Below, piece after piece: positions 50,247-63,579 of a DNA stretch of 64,000 nt; position 1 is the first letter of the stretch; every line of letters starts with the position of its first letter. The position numbers were made by a program, and so were the translations under genes. Where the stretch lies: assembly GCF_006345805.1 (NCBI RefSeq), contig NC_042997.1, forward strand, positions 24,986,001 to 25,050,000, in the 5' to 3' direction. The notes beneath the pieces were generated by a model. It was given only the letters and a program-made list of their open reading frames with translations, was not told the origin of the DNA and made no database searches. The stretch is from Octopus sinensis (lineage: Eukaryota).

Positions 50247-51077
50247 TTCCATACATAAAATAACCAAGTAATCTTGCTCTACACAATACAAAGCAAAACT
50301 TTTAAATTTGCACCTACCAAAACACGCTGTTTCCCTTCTTATCAGTGAAATAGTACTCACCTTCACACCCAAGAAAATAAATTTATCAGAAGTACAGAAA
50401 AAGATAAGCTTGGTTTTACATAATGTACCTTCATATAATAAACATTTATACATAGAGAAATGTAAAGAAAGAGAAATGGAATACAAACATAACTAGAGCA
50501 GTCACTAATACCACATTTGCTAACGGAAAGATACAAGAGTGGTTTGCAAACAATATATTCGCTCTATAATAAACTAATCAACCGCACTCTCTCCATAACA
50601 AACCACAATGAAGTATAAAAGAAAAACTAAATAAAACGTACTGTCTTTAAGAATTGTACACAGACGAAACACAGAAACTATATACGCAACCTATCAGATA
50701 ACAGTGATGCACAGGTTCATGAACTATAGTATTTTAGACACTAGTACTTTACACTCTATCGTCTGCAGGTTGAACTGAACACTGTACATTTTATGTTTCA
50801 GTAATAGCGGTTTAGTTATAATGGTTTTTGTTTCATAGATTGCGTCTTTAGAAGTTCTCGTCTTTACCGTTTTAGTTTCTTGCGTGTTTACATGTTAGCA
50901 TTTCGTTTTATAGCATTTTGAGGTACCAAAAGTTGCTTTCAGTCATTTTGGATACTAATGTTTGAATCCAGATTCTTGTGCTTGGGCTTTTCACGTTTTG
51001 TCTCCCCATTTTTGTGATTTATGACCCTTTCGTTTAGAGATGCATTTCTAAGTGACGCCATAGTTACTTTTAAAATT

Positions 51078-51147
<70 letters not shown>

Positions 51148-51989
51148 CATGTTAAACAGAAATAACAATGGTTAGAAAACCCACGATTTTCTGCTATGGA
51201 CTATGGATAATTTCTTCCCAACTAAGCAAACGAGATCTCTACTACTGCAATTTTTTTTTATTTGCTGTCGCCGACTTATTGTTCTTTTTATATATTAAAT
51301 CATATATTGAACGACTTCAGTGCTGGTCTGAAAACATTATCGACGCTGGTAGATAAAAATGTGGAGAAAAATCAGCGAGAAAAATCGAGAAGTATGACGT
51401 GAGCATGGAATATAACGAAGAACTCAACACACTAAGTTGTATTCTATCGCTCATTGCCTAGATCCTTCCTCCTCGCCTCTCCCTTTACAGTTTATCCTTG
51501 CTGGCACCAAACACCAGAATTTCTGTCTGCTCAGTACCTCCACCACTGCTCTCCTATGCTCCGTACGCTCCACCCTTCCTCTTTACCTTTTTCAAAACCA
51601 AGCATCCACCGATACGCGAGATGTTTACATGTCAATTAAGCAGCATGGCAATTCCAGTATGGCAAATATCGTGTACGGCGATGAAATAAAATAAAGACAT
51701 AAGGAAAGAAGAAAGAAAAGAAGAAAGGAGGTTACAAAGAAATAAAGTGAAGGAATATAAAAAAAATATATATATATAAAAATGGTAAAGAAAAGAAAGC
51801 ACAATAGGCAAGCAAGAAAATATGGCTCTTCACTCTCCAGCCTAAAGTAAACAGAATGACTTGTCCGAAAACAATAAGTCTTTAGCATCTGTGAAGAAAA
51901 GAATTTTTTCCCAATCAGACTATTTGCTTACATCGCTTCCGCAAACCAAATCGCCAACACCACCGCTCTTCTTTATTTGTACTCTATTC

Positions 51990-52130
51990 ATATATCTGTA
52001 TTCGCTGTACTTCTTCTTCTTCTTCTTCTTCTTTTCCTTCTTTTCCTTCTTCTTTTCCTTCTTCTTCTTCTTCTTCTCCTCCTCTCCTCCTCCTTCTTCT
52101 TCTCCTCCTCCTTCTTCTTCTTTTCCTTCG
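51990..52130. repeat. (TTC/TCC)n polypyrimidine tract
   Basis: Visible array. Confidence 0.9.
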
Positions 52131-53486
52131 TATTATTAGAACAATTATCATCAACATTGTCATAATCGTCAGTCGTCAAACAATTGTCACCACTACCACC
52201 ACAACTACCTCCGCCCCCAACTGTCACCGCCATCATAACCATTAGAACGAGCACTCAGCACCACCTAGATACATCTCAAGCGACACATACACACAAATTC
52301 TTTTAAAATTCAACACACATTCTTACATATAGACACACATGCTCACGCATGCATATAAAAACACTTATTTTCAAATGCGTTTAATATAGCTTCTATATGC
52401 ATATATGATATATATATACATATACATACATATATATACACACACACACAGACGCACACACACACACACACACACACAATATATATATGGTTCACAGATA
52501 AGATCCAAATATTCTCTGTATAGAAAACACTTAGTAGTGTTCAAAAGATTCAAATTTAGACACTCCCATGTCTTTAAATTGGATCATTCCACAAGGTAAA
52601 GAAAGGCTGGAAGAGGAATCAGGTTGAGCGGGTATAAAAGTATTAATGGAGATAAACAAATTAGATACATCGAATATATTAGATATATTAAATACATCAA
52701 GCACAAAATATGTATATATGTATACATGCAAAACGAGAGAATGCGAAAGGTGAAACATTTAGATGATGAATTTATATGTATAAATATGAAGATATTTATA
52801 TTAATAGGTCCATCTTACACAGAGTACAAATGATAGAGAAAATGGAATGTGTGGAAGAAAGGTATATGAGTCCATAAGCTGTTTCTAGGGGATCGACGTC
52901 CTATAATAATGTTGGTAGATTTAGTTCATCACAATATGCGGCCGTATGGATATATTTACAATAGGATGAGGTAGAGATCTTACCCACATTATTATGGATT
53001 TCCGAGCCCACCAAAGCAGTAGTTGGACTTAGAAGAATGGGATAGGCATACCTAATTTTTTCCCTGATTGGCCAACTCTTACCTAGAACTTTATAACAAG
53101 TACAAAAACAACAACATAAATATCGGAAAGATGGCATTTTACTGAATTCGAAATACTTATTCACCAACATGAAACAACTACTGGCTCTATTTTCTTCACC
53201 TAGCACTACTAAGCGAGCAAAAAAGATAAAGCTTTTGTGCATTCCCTGGACCCTCTTAAAAATATCTGACAAATCTCTAATAACACATCACTCAAAAGCA
53301 GTAGACCCTAATCCTTTAGAAGTCATGTCCCACTAGGGGACTTCGCATGGGATTGAAGTTAATCTGTTTAAAATTTACCAAAAACAAAATTAGGAGAGAA
53401 CAATAGAAAGCTATTTTTTCCCAAATTATGAATGACACATTTTCCAAGACGTACAAATGATGTTTTTAAAATTATACAACATATCA

Positions 53487-53795
53487 GACCGGGTGTTGTG
53501 AGTGTTTATTGAGCGAAAACACCTAAAAAGCTCCACGAGGCTCCGTGCCGGTGATCCCTGCTGTACTCTTTCACCACAACTTTCTCTCACTCTTACTTCC
53601 TGTTTCTGTTGTACCTGTACTTCAAAGGGCCGGCCTTGTCACTCTCTGTGTCACGCTGAATATACCCGAGAACTACGTTAAGAGTACACGTGTCTGTGGA
53701 GTGCTCAGCCACTTACACGTTAATTTCACGAGCAGGCTGTTCCGTTGATCGGATCAACCGGAACCCTCGTCGTCGTAACCGACGGAGTGCTTCCA
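53487..53795 (+). mobile_element. SINE F4, 5'-truncated, with TSD
   Basis: 11-bp TSD acaacatatca at 53476-53486 and 53796-53806. Confidence 0.92.
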
Positions 53796-54269
53796 ACAAC
53801 ATATCATAAGATAACCGATGCACTAGCGTCTTTAAATTACAGGATGTCCTTTTAATCAGAACACACTTGGGACTACACTACATGCATAAATGAGATTTTA
53901 TCAAAATCTGGTTCTCAGCGGGGTTTCGTATACGATTTTGTTTTTTAGGGTGGGTAGGCTACATGAATTAATATTGGGGATCCACGGTAGTATTATAAGG
54001 GCCCATGAAAATATGTTGCCTCAGATGTATGTATAGGTATGTATTGCAAGTGTAGCTAGATTGCCTTCCCTAACATTTTAGGTAGTTCCACAAATACAAG
54101 TTAGTGATTGTTAAACAAAGCAGAAATTTTGAAAGACGCTTCTACAAAAATAGTTTTTAAACATCGAAAGGCTATGGATAAAATAGTAATGAAAATGATC
54201 CATAGATAAAAAAACAATTGCTTGAGAACCCCTGAAGCAAAGGTATATATAAATTTTTATATATGTATA

Positions 54270-54654
54270 CTAGCAGTATCGCCCGGCGTTGCTCAGGTTT
54301 GTAAGGGAAATAACTATAAAGCATTTGTAGAGAGTTATAGCCAAAAAATAGCAAAAAAATGGAAAAAAATGATGGTAAATTTTTTTTTGAGATTTAAAAA
54401 AGGTTGAGTTGCGTCCCCTAGACAGTTTGTGGTTCGTGTTTCTGATTCTCGACCCCATGTCGAATTTATCGATTTTTTTCAGAACTGGGGGAACTTTTCA
54501 AAATTTTGGCTGCGTTAGTTTTGAATTATGACATTGGGCTATGTGTGTGTCAAGTTTCATCAGAATCGGTTGAAAGCCGTGGTCAGGGTGAGGGTACAAG
54601 CAAACAGACACACAGAAACACGCACAGACAAACTGCCGTTTATATAGAGAGAGA
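54270..54654 (-). mobile_element. Non-autonomous Helitron
   Basis: Minus strand: A|TC 5' end, subterminal hairpin cctgagcaacgccggg, CTAG|T 3' end. Confidence 0.85.
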
Positions 54655-54899
54655 TAACTATATATCTACCTATGTGTATATATATATATATATAGTTTTA
54701 GGTTAGAGACAGGTGTTCTCTACATAAAATAGACTTCGAAGTGCTCGAGAGATTTTGAACTTGAGCCTTGAGCCGGTAGATGAGTAGATCTAAAGCAAGC
54801 TAGGCAAGTCGATTTACACAGAATATTAAGTACATTTAATAGAAAAAAAACCTACATGTGAATGGACATAAAATACTCCGACTTACAGAATATTAATGA

Positions 54900-55320
54900 C
54901 AGCAGGAATTAAATGGGAAGTTTTACGAGTCCAACAGCTGTTTTGGGGGACTCGGTGGTCCAGAATAATAATGATAGCTACTTGGATCCATTATTGGATA
55001 ACACCGCTTCCGTCTTCAGGGATTAAACGAAAAACAAATTCCGTCAAAGAGCGGAGTAACCGAACAGGAAGAAACCCTGATCTTTCCCAAAGCATCGCTG
55101 TAGGAGTAGTCAAACTCGTATATGAAACCCGCTGCTCTACTTATCCGAATACCTTGCACTTAGCTTGTCTCTGGGTTTCTTGATATTGCTAGTAAGAGTC
55201 GGTGTGGTGCTGTGCAAGCCGTACAAGAATTTAGACACTTGCAGCAGCACTGTTAACACTTAATTTCTCGAGTTCTTCTGTCAGCGATGGTCATGTATGT
55301 CTAACGAGTAGACAGCCATT
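54900..55320 (-). mobile_element. Possible Penelope-like remnant
   Basis: TLTSNIKKPRDKL..AGFIYEF resembles the linker and GIY region. Confidence 0.35.
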
Positions 55321-55398
55321 ATGTATATATGTATGTATGCATATATATATATATATGTATATATATATATTATATATATATTATATATATATATATAT

Positions 55399-55452
<54 letters not shown>

Positions 55453-55474
55453 TATATTCATATTTATATATATA

Positions 55475-55506
<32 letters not shown>

Positions 55507-55890
55507 ATTCATATTTATATATATAAATATATATATCAATATATAAATATATATACATATACACACATATGTGTATATATATACACACATATAAGTATAT
55601 GAATACATACAAAGTATATATATATATATATATATTCATATTTATATATATAAATACATATATCAATATATAATATATATATATATACATATACACACAT
55701 ATGTGTATATATACACACATATATGTATATGAATACATACAAAGTGTATAAATATATTATATATATATAATATATATATAATATATATATATATCCTTTG
55801 TATGTATGCATGAATACATTTATATACACGTTTTTCTATAAATTCACGCATGAATATATATGTGTGTATGTATGTGTGTGTGTGTGTGTG
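55320..55890. repeat. (TA)-rich array with a higher-order unit of about 127 bp
   Basis: attcatatttatatatataaata recurs at 55456, 55507 and 55634. Confidence 0.9.
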
Positions 55891-56316
55891 TTTGCACGTG
55901 TGTATACATGTGTGTGCGTTAAATAAACACGTACATAGACGTATACTCACGCACTCGAATGCACACATACAACGGTGTATAATACTGAAGATAAATATTT
56001 ACCAAACAATTATTCAGACATGATTGTCTATCACGTGTTCTTCACATCTGTATTCACACTTAGTTTAAAATTTATTAAAGAAATAGTTTTGTTTGCTAAT
56101 AGACGTAGGAGTTAGGGACAACTGTGAAAGTTAGATTGATGGATGTCTATTTATATAATGTTTCGATCCACATTCTTCAAATTTAAGCAAATATCTCGAG
56201 ATATTTTCGTATCGATGCGAAGCTCTTCTGATATTGTGAGTCGAGAGGACACTGAAATAAATATTATTTGTACACAGAAGAACAAATATGCACTTATATG
56301 CATATAAGGATGCAGT

Positions 56317-56352
<36 letters not shown>

Positions 56353-56831
56353 TATCTATATATATATATATATATATATCTGTATGTTAGTATATATATA
56401 TAATAGCGTCATTATATATGTATAATGAAGCTATTATTATTAATAGAATATAATAACATAGGTGGCTATTTAGGAATAAAACCGAAAGACAAATATATAA
56501 AGAAGGGTACTATATAGCGCCTGTTTCACTAGAAATAGGAGTCGAAAGTGACTCAATTAGCCGCAAACACTGAAAGTTTAGAAGCTGATGAAATCGGGGA
56601 AGCGAGAAAAATTAAGCGACAATACCAAAGCGAGCGACAGTCTCAAGTGAAATTGTAGATATACTCATGTCACGGGATTTCAAACACTGAGATAATTCTC
56701 TTATTCCTCCTCATTGAGTCTTGCTGCCTGGGGTTAAATGGTTACTCGCCTCGTACAAGCTTGTTAAAACTGTTGAGAGGCTACCGCCAAAATTCAAACG
56801 GTAGTATTGCATAATTATAAATAACGAAGAT

Positions 56832-56891
<60 letters not shown>

Positions 56892-56892
56892 C

Positions 56893-57109
56893 CCAAGGTT
56901 TAAAACAAACTTTTTTTAATTTATTTTTTTAATTTTTTTTTTTTTTTTTTTATTAATTTTATTTTTATGTATTAGACATTCACTAGTACAACCCCCCCCC
57001 CCAAAAAAAATATATGGCACAGAACTTCCAACCTGTTGTCTCTTGAGGTCTCTTGGTGAGACTTGGAGCCAACTTGTACAGACATAAAGCAAAAGTCAAA
57101 CATAGAATG

Positions 57110-57163
<54 letters not shown>

Positions 57164-57245
57164 TAATGATAATAATAATAATGATAATAATAATAATAAT
57201 AATAATAATGATAATAATGATAATAATAAATGATAATAATAATAA
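56893..57245 (+). mobile_element. LINE 3' UTR fragment with (TAA)n tail, preceded by (TAA)n
   Basis: Non-coding segment ending gcaaaagtcaaacatagaat(gat/aat)n, between TAA arrays at 56835-56892 and 57110-57245. The LINE assignment rests on architecture and recall. Confidence 0.55.
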
Positions 57246-57800
57246 ATGCCCTGATGCAGTACCAGGCAGTGGCTCTCGAGGCTTCTGATCTTAACTGACT
57301 GGAAGTGTTATCATGTACATTGTTTTGTCTTGGTATAAAATATGGGCTACAGTAAATATTCTGCTCAATACCACAGTTGTTTGATCGTAACCAGTTGAGC
57401 ATGTCCCTTAGTGGCTAACAATATGTACATCTCTGATCCCGATCAGAAGTAGTGGTGGGGGGCATCATAGCCATGTGTTGAGACGAGTTCTTTGGGATTT
57501 GAATAATTCACCTCTGGAAACATGGACAGTTCGTTCAACATCCTTAAACAATCCTTATTCAGGGACATTTTGAGCAGGATGGGCTACTCGACCAGAAGAA
57601 AATTCTAACTGGGCCCCCGGCTGCAAGGTCATGTGCTGTTTATCTTGATAAGAGATCACCATATCGCGCACATATGGTTGTGATGCATGTGCCTAGTGTA
57701 CCCTTATCAGACGGGTAGTCATGGTGGGTATACTGGGCTTCGTATATTTTACCCCAGTGTCACTTTGATGGCATGCACTGCTCTCTCACTGAATAACAAT
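57246..57800. mobile_element. Non-coding interspersed element of about 550 bp between (TAA)n tracts
   Basis: Higher-GC non-coding block bounded by TAA repeats on both sides; single copy in this window. Confidence 0.45.
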
Positions 57801-58091
57801 AATAATTTTAATAATGATAATAATAAAAGTGGCTAGTTAGCAAAACACAAAAGATAAAAAGCAAATATATAAACAGTGGTAGTAGATAGCACCAGTTTCG
57901 CTAGAAATAGGAGTCAAAATCGACTCAATTAGCCACCATAATATCTTCAATTTCATCTGCGATTGTCATTCGCTTTGGTATGTTGGCCATTTTCTCTCAC
58001 TCCCCTGATTTTGTCAGCTTGTTAACTTTCAGTGCTTGAGGCTATTTGAGTCGCTTTTGCCTCCTCTTTCTAACGAAACTGGTACTATCTA

Positions 58092-58092
<1 letters not shown>

Positions 58093-58161
<69 letters not shown>

Positions 58162-58330
58162 ATGTATATATGTATGTATGTATGTATATGCGTGTGTGGG
58201 GTCTTTGTATGCATATGTATATACAGTGGAAAAATGAAAGTGAGAGTGTGAGGGAGAGAGAGAGAGGGAGAGAGAGAGAGGGAGAGAGAGAGAAAGAGAG
58301 AGAGAAAGAGAAAGAGAGAGAGTAAGAAAC
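58093..58330. repeat. (TA)n, (TG)n and (GA)n microsatellites
   Basis: Visible arrays. Confidence 0.9.
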
Positions 58331-59009
58331 AGACATCCTACACATCCATTGCAGGCAGACACCCAAACACTTTTATTGTTGCAAGAAAGTAAAAATCGCT
58401 TTTGTGCGCATGCAATCTGGAACAAACATTCACTCACACATGACATTAAATATGGACATTCATTTTTCATCAGATAAAATAATGTAAAAAAATACATACA
58501 AATACTGACACGAAATGGATGGTAACTTATTGTTATTTTTACTGTGTTTCTGAATCTAAGAGTAAAAATCTAAAATAATATGTAAAATATAATGCAAAAC
58601 AATATCCAAGTAATAATAAAGATAAATAAATAGCTATTTTTATGAAAATAGAATGAAACATATAAAAGATTATTTCGTTTTGCAAACACCTTATATCACA
58701 AGTGAAGATCAGAAAGATAATTTTTGATAAAACTGAATCAGAAAAAGTTGAGCACAACTAATAAAAAAACATTTTTTAGATTTAATTATCCATAAAAATC
58801 AAGCAAGATTTATAGAATGAGAGAACATCTATGATAAATTAGTTTAATTGTATGAATACTAGTCGTAATTGCATGTTTACACAATTTGACATAGTTGAGT
58901 TCTATCCGTACATAATGAAATCCGTTGTACTTAGACAAGTATAGTTTTTCGAAAAATGTTACTGTAATCAAATTCTGGAACAAACCCAGCAAGTTCAGGA
59001 AAGAATCTA

Positions 59010-59195
59010 AGTCAATTACATAGACCTCAGTGCTCAAATGACCCTTATTTTCTCGACAACGAAAGGACGAAATGTGAAGTCGACCTTTGTGGAATTTGAA
59101 CTCAAAACTTGAAGATGGACGAAATGTCGCTAAGATTTTTTTTTTTTTTTTTTTTTATTGCTTGGCATGTTAACAATTCTGCCAACTGACAGCCA
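59010..59195 (-). mobile_element. SINE F2, diverged
   Basis: gtcgacctttgtggaatttgaactca. Confidence 0.65.
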
Positions 59196-59737
59196 TTTGT
59201 CAGTAAATGTAATATTAAAACTAACAGTCATGCAAGAAGAACTCTTTTTGAATCTAGTTATTGGTGGAATAGTTTGGTATTTCTTTGTATAATTATGATG
59301 TCACTGATATTTGTGAAATTATTGATTTCTATATTTGCATTCTTGATATTTGCATAACCAAGATTTATTTCTATACAGTGTCATATATCGGATAACAGCA
59401 TATTTCTAGGAATGTGAACGGCCAAGAATTGGTTAGGGTTAGAAAGAATACTTAATTTATTAGATCTAAATATAACAATGGATTTAATCTTAAAGTTGTC
59501 AAATGTCTGAGCTTCACTTCATCGTTCAGCTTCCTCCCCAAGATGCAACTTTAATCTTTCGACTACTTGCCAACATATAAGCTTCCTTTAAAACCTTCAG
59601 TTTTTCCAGTTAAAAAGTTTATTTATTTATTTAATTCTTGATAAACGTTATTCAAAACTATTTCATGGCAAGATCTGAAAAGGAAATAAAATGCAATACT
59701 GATAAAGATTATTACTATTTTTACCAGTATTTTTATA

Positions 59738-59899
59738 GGCGTAGGAGTGGCTGTGTGGTAAGTAGCTTGCTTTCCAACTACATGGTTCCGGATTCATTCC
59801 CATTGCGTGGCACCTTGGGCAAGTGTCTTCTACCATAGCCTCGGGGCGACCAAAGCCTTGTGAGTGGATTTGGTAGACGGAAAATGAAAGAAGCCCGTC

Positions 59900-59981
<82 letters not shown>

Positions 59982-60079
59982 TATATATGTATATATATAT
60001 GTATGTATATGTATATATATATATATTATATATATATATATGTATGTATATATATATATCTATATATATATATATGTAT

Positions 60080-60170
<91 letters not shown>

Positions 60171-60362
60171 ATATGTTTGTGTGTTTTGACAACCGATGCC
60201 GGTGTTTACGTCCCCGTAACTTAGCGGTTCGGCAAAAGAGACCGATAGAATAAGTATTAGGCTTACAAAGAATAAGTCCTGGGGTCAATTTGCTCGACTA
60301 AAGGTGGTGTTCCAGCATGGCCGCAGTCAAATGACTGAAACAAGTAAAAGAGTAAAAGAGTA
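59738..60362 (+). mobile_element. SINE F1 with about 270 bp of internal (TA)/(TG) expansion
   Basis: Head 59738-59900, tail 60180-60362. Confidence 0.93.
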
Positions 60363-60554
60363 ACCTCAAGATTACTACGAACGCAACGTCTCTTCAGTTA
60401 TTTCTAAATAATCCTTCAGAAACTTACACCATAAATGATACATTTCCATCTATCTGAACAGCATTTCGCACGCTTAATTGCTGTTATTTATGAATTACCA
60501 TGATATTAAAAGACTTTTGTAAGAAGCTTTTCAAAATTTCGTATTATCCAAAAC

Positions 60555-60768
60555 TGGCGAGCTGGCAGAATCGTTACCACACTGAGAAAAAATCATAACA
60601 GTATTTCATCCATTTTTACGTTCTGAGTTGAAATTCCGTCGAGGTCGATTTTGTCTTTCATCCTTTCGGGATCGTTAACATAAGAACCAGTTGAGGACTG
60701 GGGTTGATGTAATTGACTAAACTTTCTTTCTCGAAATTGTTGGCCTTGTGAAAAACTTTAAGACCGAA
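60555..60768 (+). mobile_element. SINE F2, diverged
   Basis: ggcgagctggcagaatcg head and body. Confidence 0.75.
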
Positions 60769-61734
60769 ATTTCGTAATATCTCTTTATGATTTGAGTTGA
60801 AATCCCATCGAGTCCTGAATGAGGGATTATTATATTTACAGATAGTTATAAATATAAGCAGCGTTGTGAACTGTGATAAATTTCATTCTTTAAATCCTTA
60901 AAAATGTTTTAGCCCGAAGGCCGCGGCCATGCTGGCGCACCATATACAAACTGCTAAAAATTTGCAAATCTGAGCTTATCTTTAAAAAATTATTTTCAAT
61001 AGTTTCACAACAGCAATTTTTGCTACGAATTACATTTACTTCAGTATATTGATCGAATTACATTTACTATAATATATTGATCGAACAAGATGCCATTTTT
61101 CGTACAAAATTCCCACTCTTTAACTGCGAAGTAGAAAATGCATCTATCGAAGAGGTTTTAGAATGAGTTAGTCGCAAGAATTTACAGTGGCTTTAGTCCA
61201 TTCATTGTTGATGTTGTTTAGCTCCAGGTCAGTGATGATTGATTAAACATATAACCATAAGCGCTTCAGCATGATCAAGGCTCAATGATCAACGGCTAAA
61301 ATGTGTATCGATGGAATCTTAATTATTTAAAATTTTAAGGCGTTTTCAGCGAAGTTTGACTACTGTTTGTAGATCTAGCGGAAGTTTAAGAACTCACTTC
61401 TTAACTTGGCTAAAGTAGGTTATGGTTATCAATCCCGAGAACAATTGAGAGGCATATGAAAAAGAATATATTCCTTGCTGTTCACATACCAGTTGATATA
61501 TTGTCCAATAAAAGGATCTGTATAAACAGGAACGTTAGAGCACCGAACAAAGTACCTTACTGCATTTGATTATAATCCTTTACAAAACTAATCGAAGTAA
61601 AATATGCATTATGTGGTACTGATTTCGATAAAATAAGGTACCGTTAAATTATCAGAATAAATTTAATCGCGTATACCTTCTTTCCAAATATGAGACAATG
61701 CACAAATATTAGAAATCAATATTTCTAAAATACT

Positions 61735-61955
61735 TATTTCTTTACTGCACACAGAGGGGACAAACAAGGGCTGACAAACGGATTAAGTCGATTATATCGA
61801 CTCCAGTGCGTAACTGGTACTTATTTAATCGATCCCGAAAGGATGAAAGGCAAAGTCGACCTCGGCGGAATTTGAATTCAGAACGTAGCGGCAGACGAAA
61901 TACCTATATGTATTTCGTCCGGCGTGCTAACGTTTCTGCCAACTTGCCGCCTTTG
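61735..61955 (-). mobile_element. SINE F2 with TSD
   Basis: 15-bp TSD tatttctaaaatact at 61720-61734 and 61956-61970. Confidence 0.93.
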
Positions 61956-61982
61956 TATTTCTAAAATACTATTTAACACTGG

Positions 61983-62418
61983 TTTCAATTTTGGCACGAG
62001 GTCAGCAACTTGTGGAGGGGGTTAAGTCGATTACATCGACCTCAGTGTTCAACTGGTACTTTATCGACTGATTTTATCGACCTCGAAAGGACGAAAGGCA
62101 AAGTCGACCCAGGAGGCTTTTGTGTTTATAACGTAGCGGCGTTTTGCTTGGTTTACTAACGATACTGCTGGCTCACTGGCTGAAATTTCGATGTAATATT
62201 ACACGTTTCAAATTAATGATTTCAGATTTTGGCACAAAACCAGCAACAGTAAGTCGATTAGCTCGGCCCCAGTGTTCAGCTGGTACTTATTTTATCGACA
62301 AAGAAGGGATAAATGGCAAAGTCGACCTCAACGGAATTTGAACTCAGACTGTAAAGACAAACGAAATGCTGCTAAGCATTTTGTCCAACGTACCAACGAT
62401 TCTGCTAGTTCACCGCCT
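61983..62418 (-). mobile_element. Two further F2 copies, tail type c (61983-62135 and 62220-62418)
   Basis: ttttggcac tails and aaaggcaaagtcgacc bodies. Confidence 0.8.
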
Positions 62419-63414
62419 AACACGTTTCAAAAATAATGATCGATAAAATACAACGGTTATAAACGGTGTATATACATTTGACCATTGATTATAGATTTCG
62501 GAAAGGATATTGAAATGGTGATATTGCAAACATTACGTTTAAGATCAGCTATGTTAGAATATATCTAATCCTTATTAAAATTGCGTTGTTAACTAGAATA
62601 ATTATCGCTTACGCTATTTAAATCAATTTTTCTGGTTATATTTCAATATCTTGTTCTCAACCCACAGTGTGATAACTGAACGCAAACGATAGCATCGATA
62701 CGATCATAATTCAGCAATGTCTTCATTATCAATAATCATTAACCAATTATTTAAAGTAAGATGGGAATATATTAAGTAAATGTCGTTATATATGGGAAAA
62801 AGTTGCTTTACCGATATCGCTCCAATTTCATAGCAAACGAAATTACTCTAGACACCACACCACACCACACACATTCACTCGCACATATAAACAGATAAAA
62901 GATATCTAAATATAAGCATATAAATACTTTTACATACACATACACATGAACACAGACAATATACATATATGCTTACATTCATAAACCTATATATCTATAT
63001 GTACATATGTACATTTATGCTTGTATATGTAGATGTGGATTTATAAATTGTCACACACACACACACACACACACATACAAGGACACACACGCGCAAACAC
63101 ACATATATAGGTAAAGATACATACACACGCAATATCTCACAGTAACGTTTATCTCACAAGTGACTTGATACGCAGAAGTATGTTGATAGCAGTGTTCTTA
63201 ATACTAGCACTAAACTATGTTGTAAATATTACATGGAAATAATTTATTTCACTTTCACTTTGACCGGGATACCACCTGGTCCTCGGAAACGAAGCCATTT
63301 TGTCAAACATTTCGAGCCAACATTGCCACCCTCAGTTCATGGATAGAATCCAATCCTGTTTTCTCTTTCACGTTATTAATAAATGTCAAACGACGTCTCC
63401 ATGCATGCATTTAC

Positions 63415-63561
63415 CATGCTGTGGGTCCCATACAAGGACCAGTCTGATTTTTATTCTCCTTGACAATCTTGACTTCCATGTTTTCTAGGGACACGCTGTG
63501 CAAGCTTGTTCTTTTTACTTTGATATCAGTATCGGAGCTGTTTATCCAACTACCAGGATAA
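63415..63561 (-). CDS. Candidate 147-nt symmetric (phase 2-2) exon
   Basis: ttatttttatttcag|...|gtaaat; open as YPGSWINSSDTDIKVKRTSLHSVSLENMEVKIVKENKNQTGPCMGPTA. Confidence 0.35.
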
Positions 63562-63579
63562 CTGAAATAAAATAATAAA

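Noticed and set aside
52901-53272. 123-aa minus-strand ORF
   Set aside because: No recognisable motif and no convincing splice sites.
56130-56261. Strong minus-strand acceptor (tttatttcag) with long frames
   Set aside because: No credible donor before stops, so it could not be placed in the gene model.
56585-56620. CUGAUGA...GAAA hammerhead-like string
   Set aside because: Only a 3-bp stem II, and no stem I pairing.
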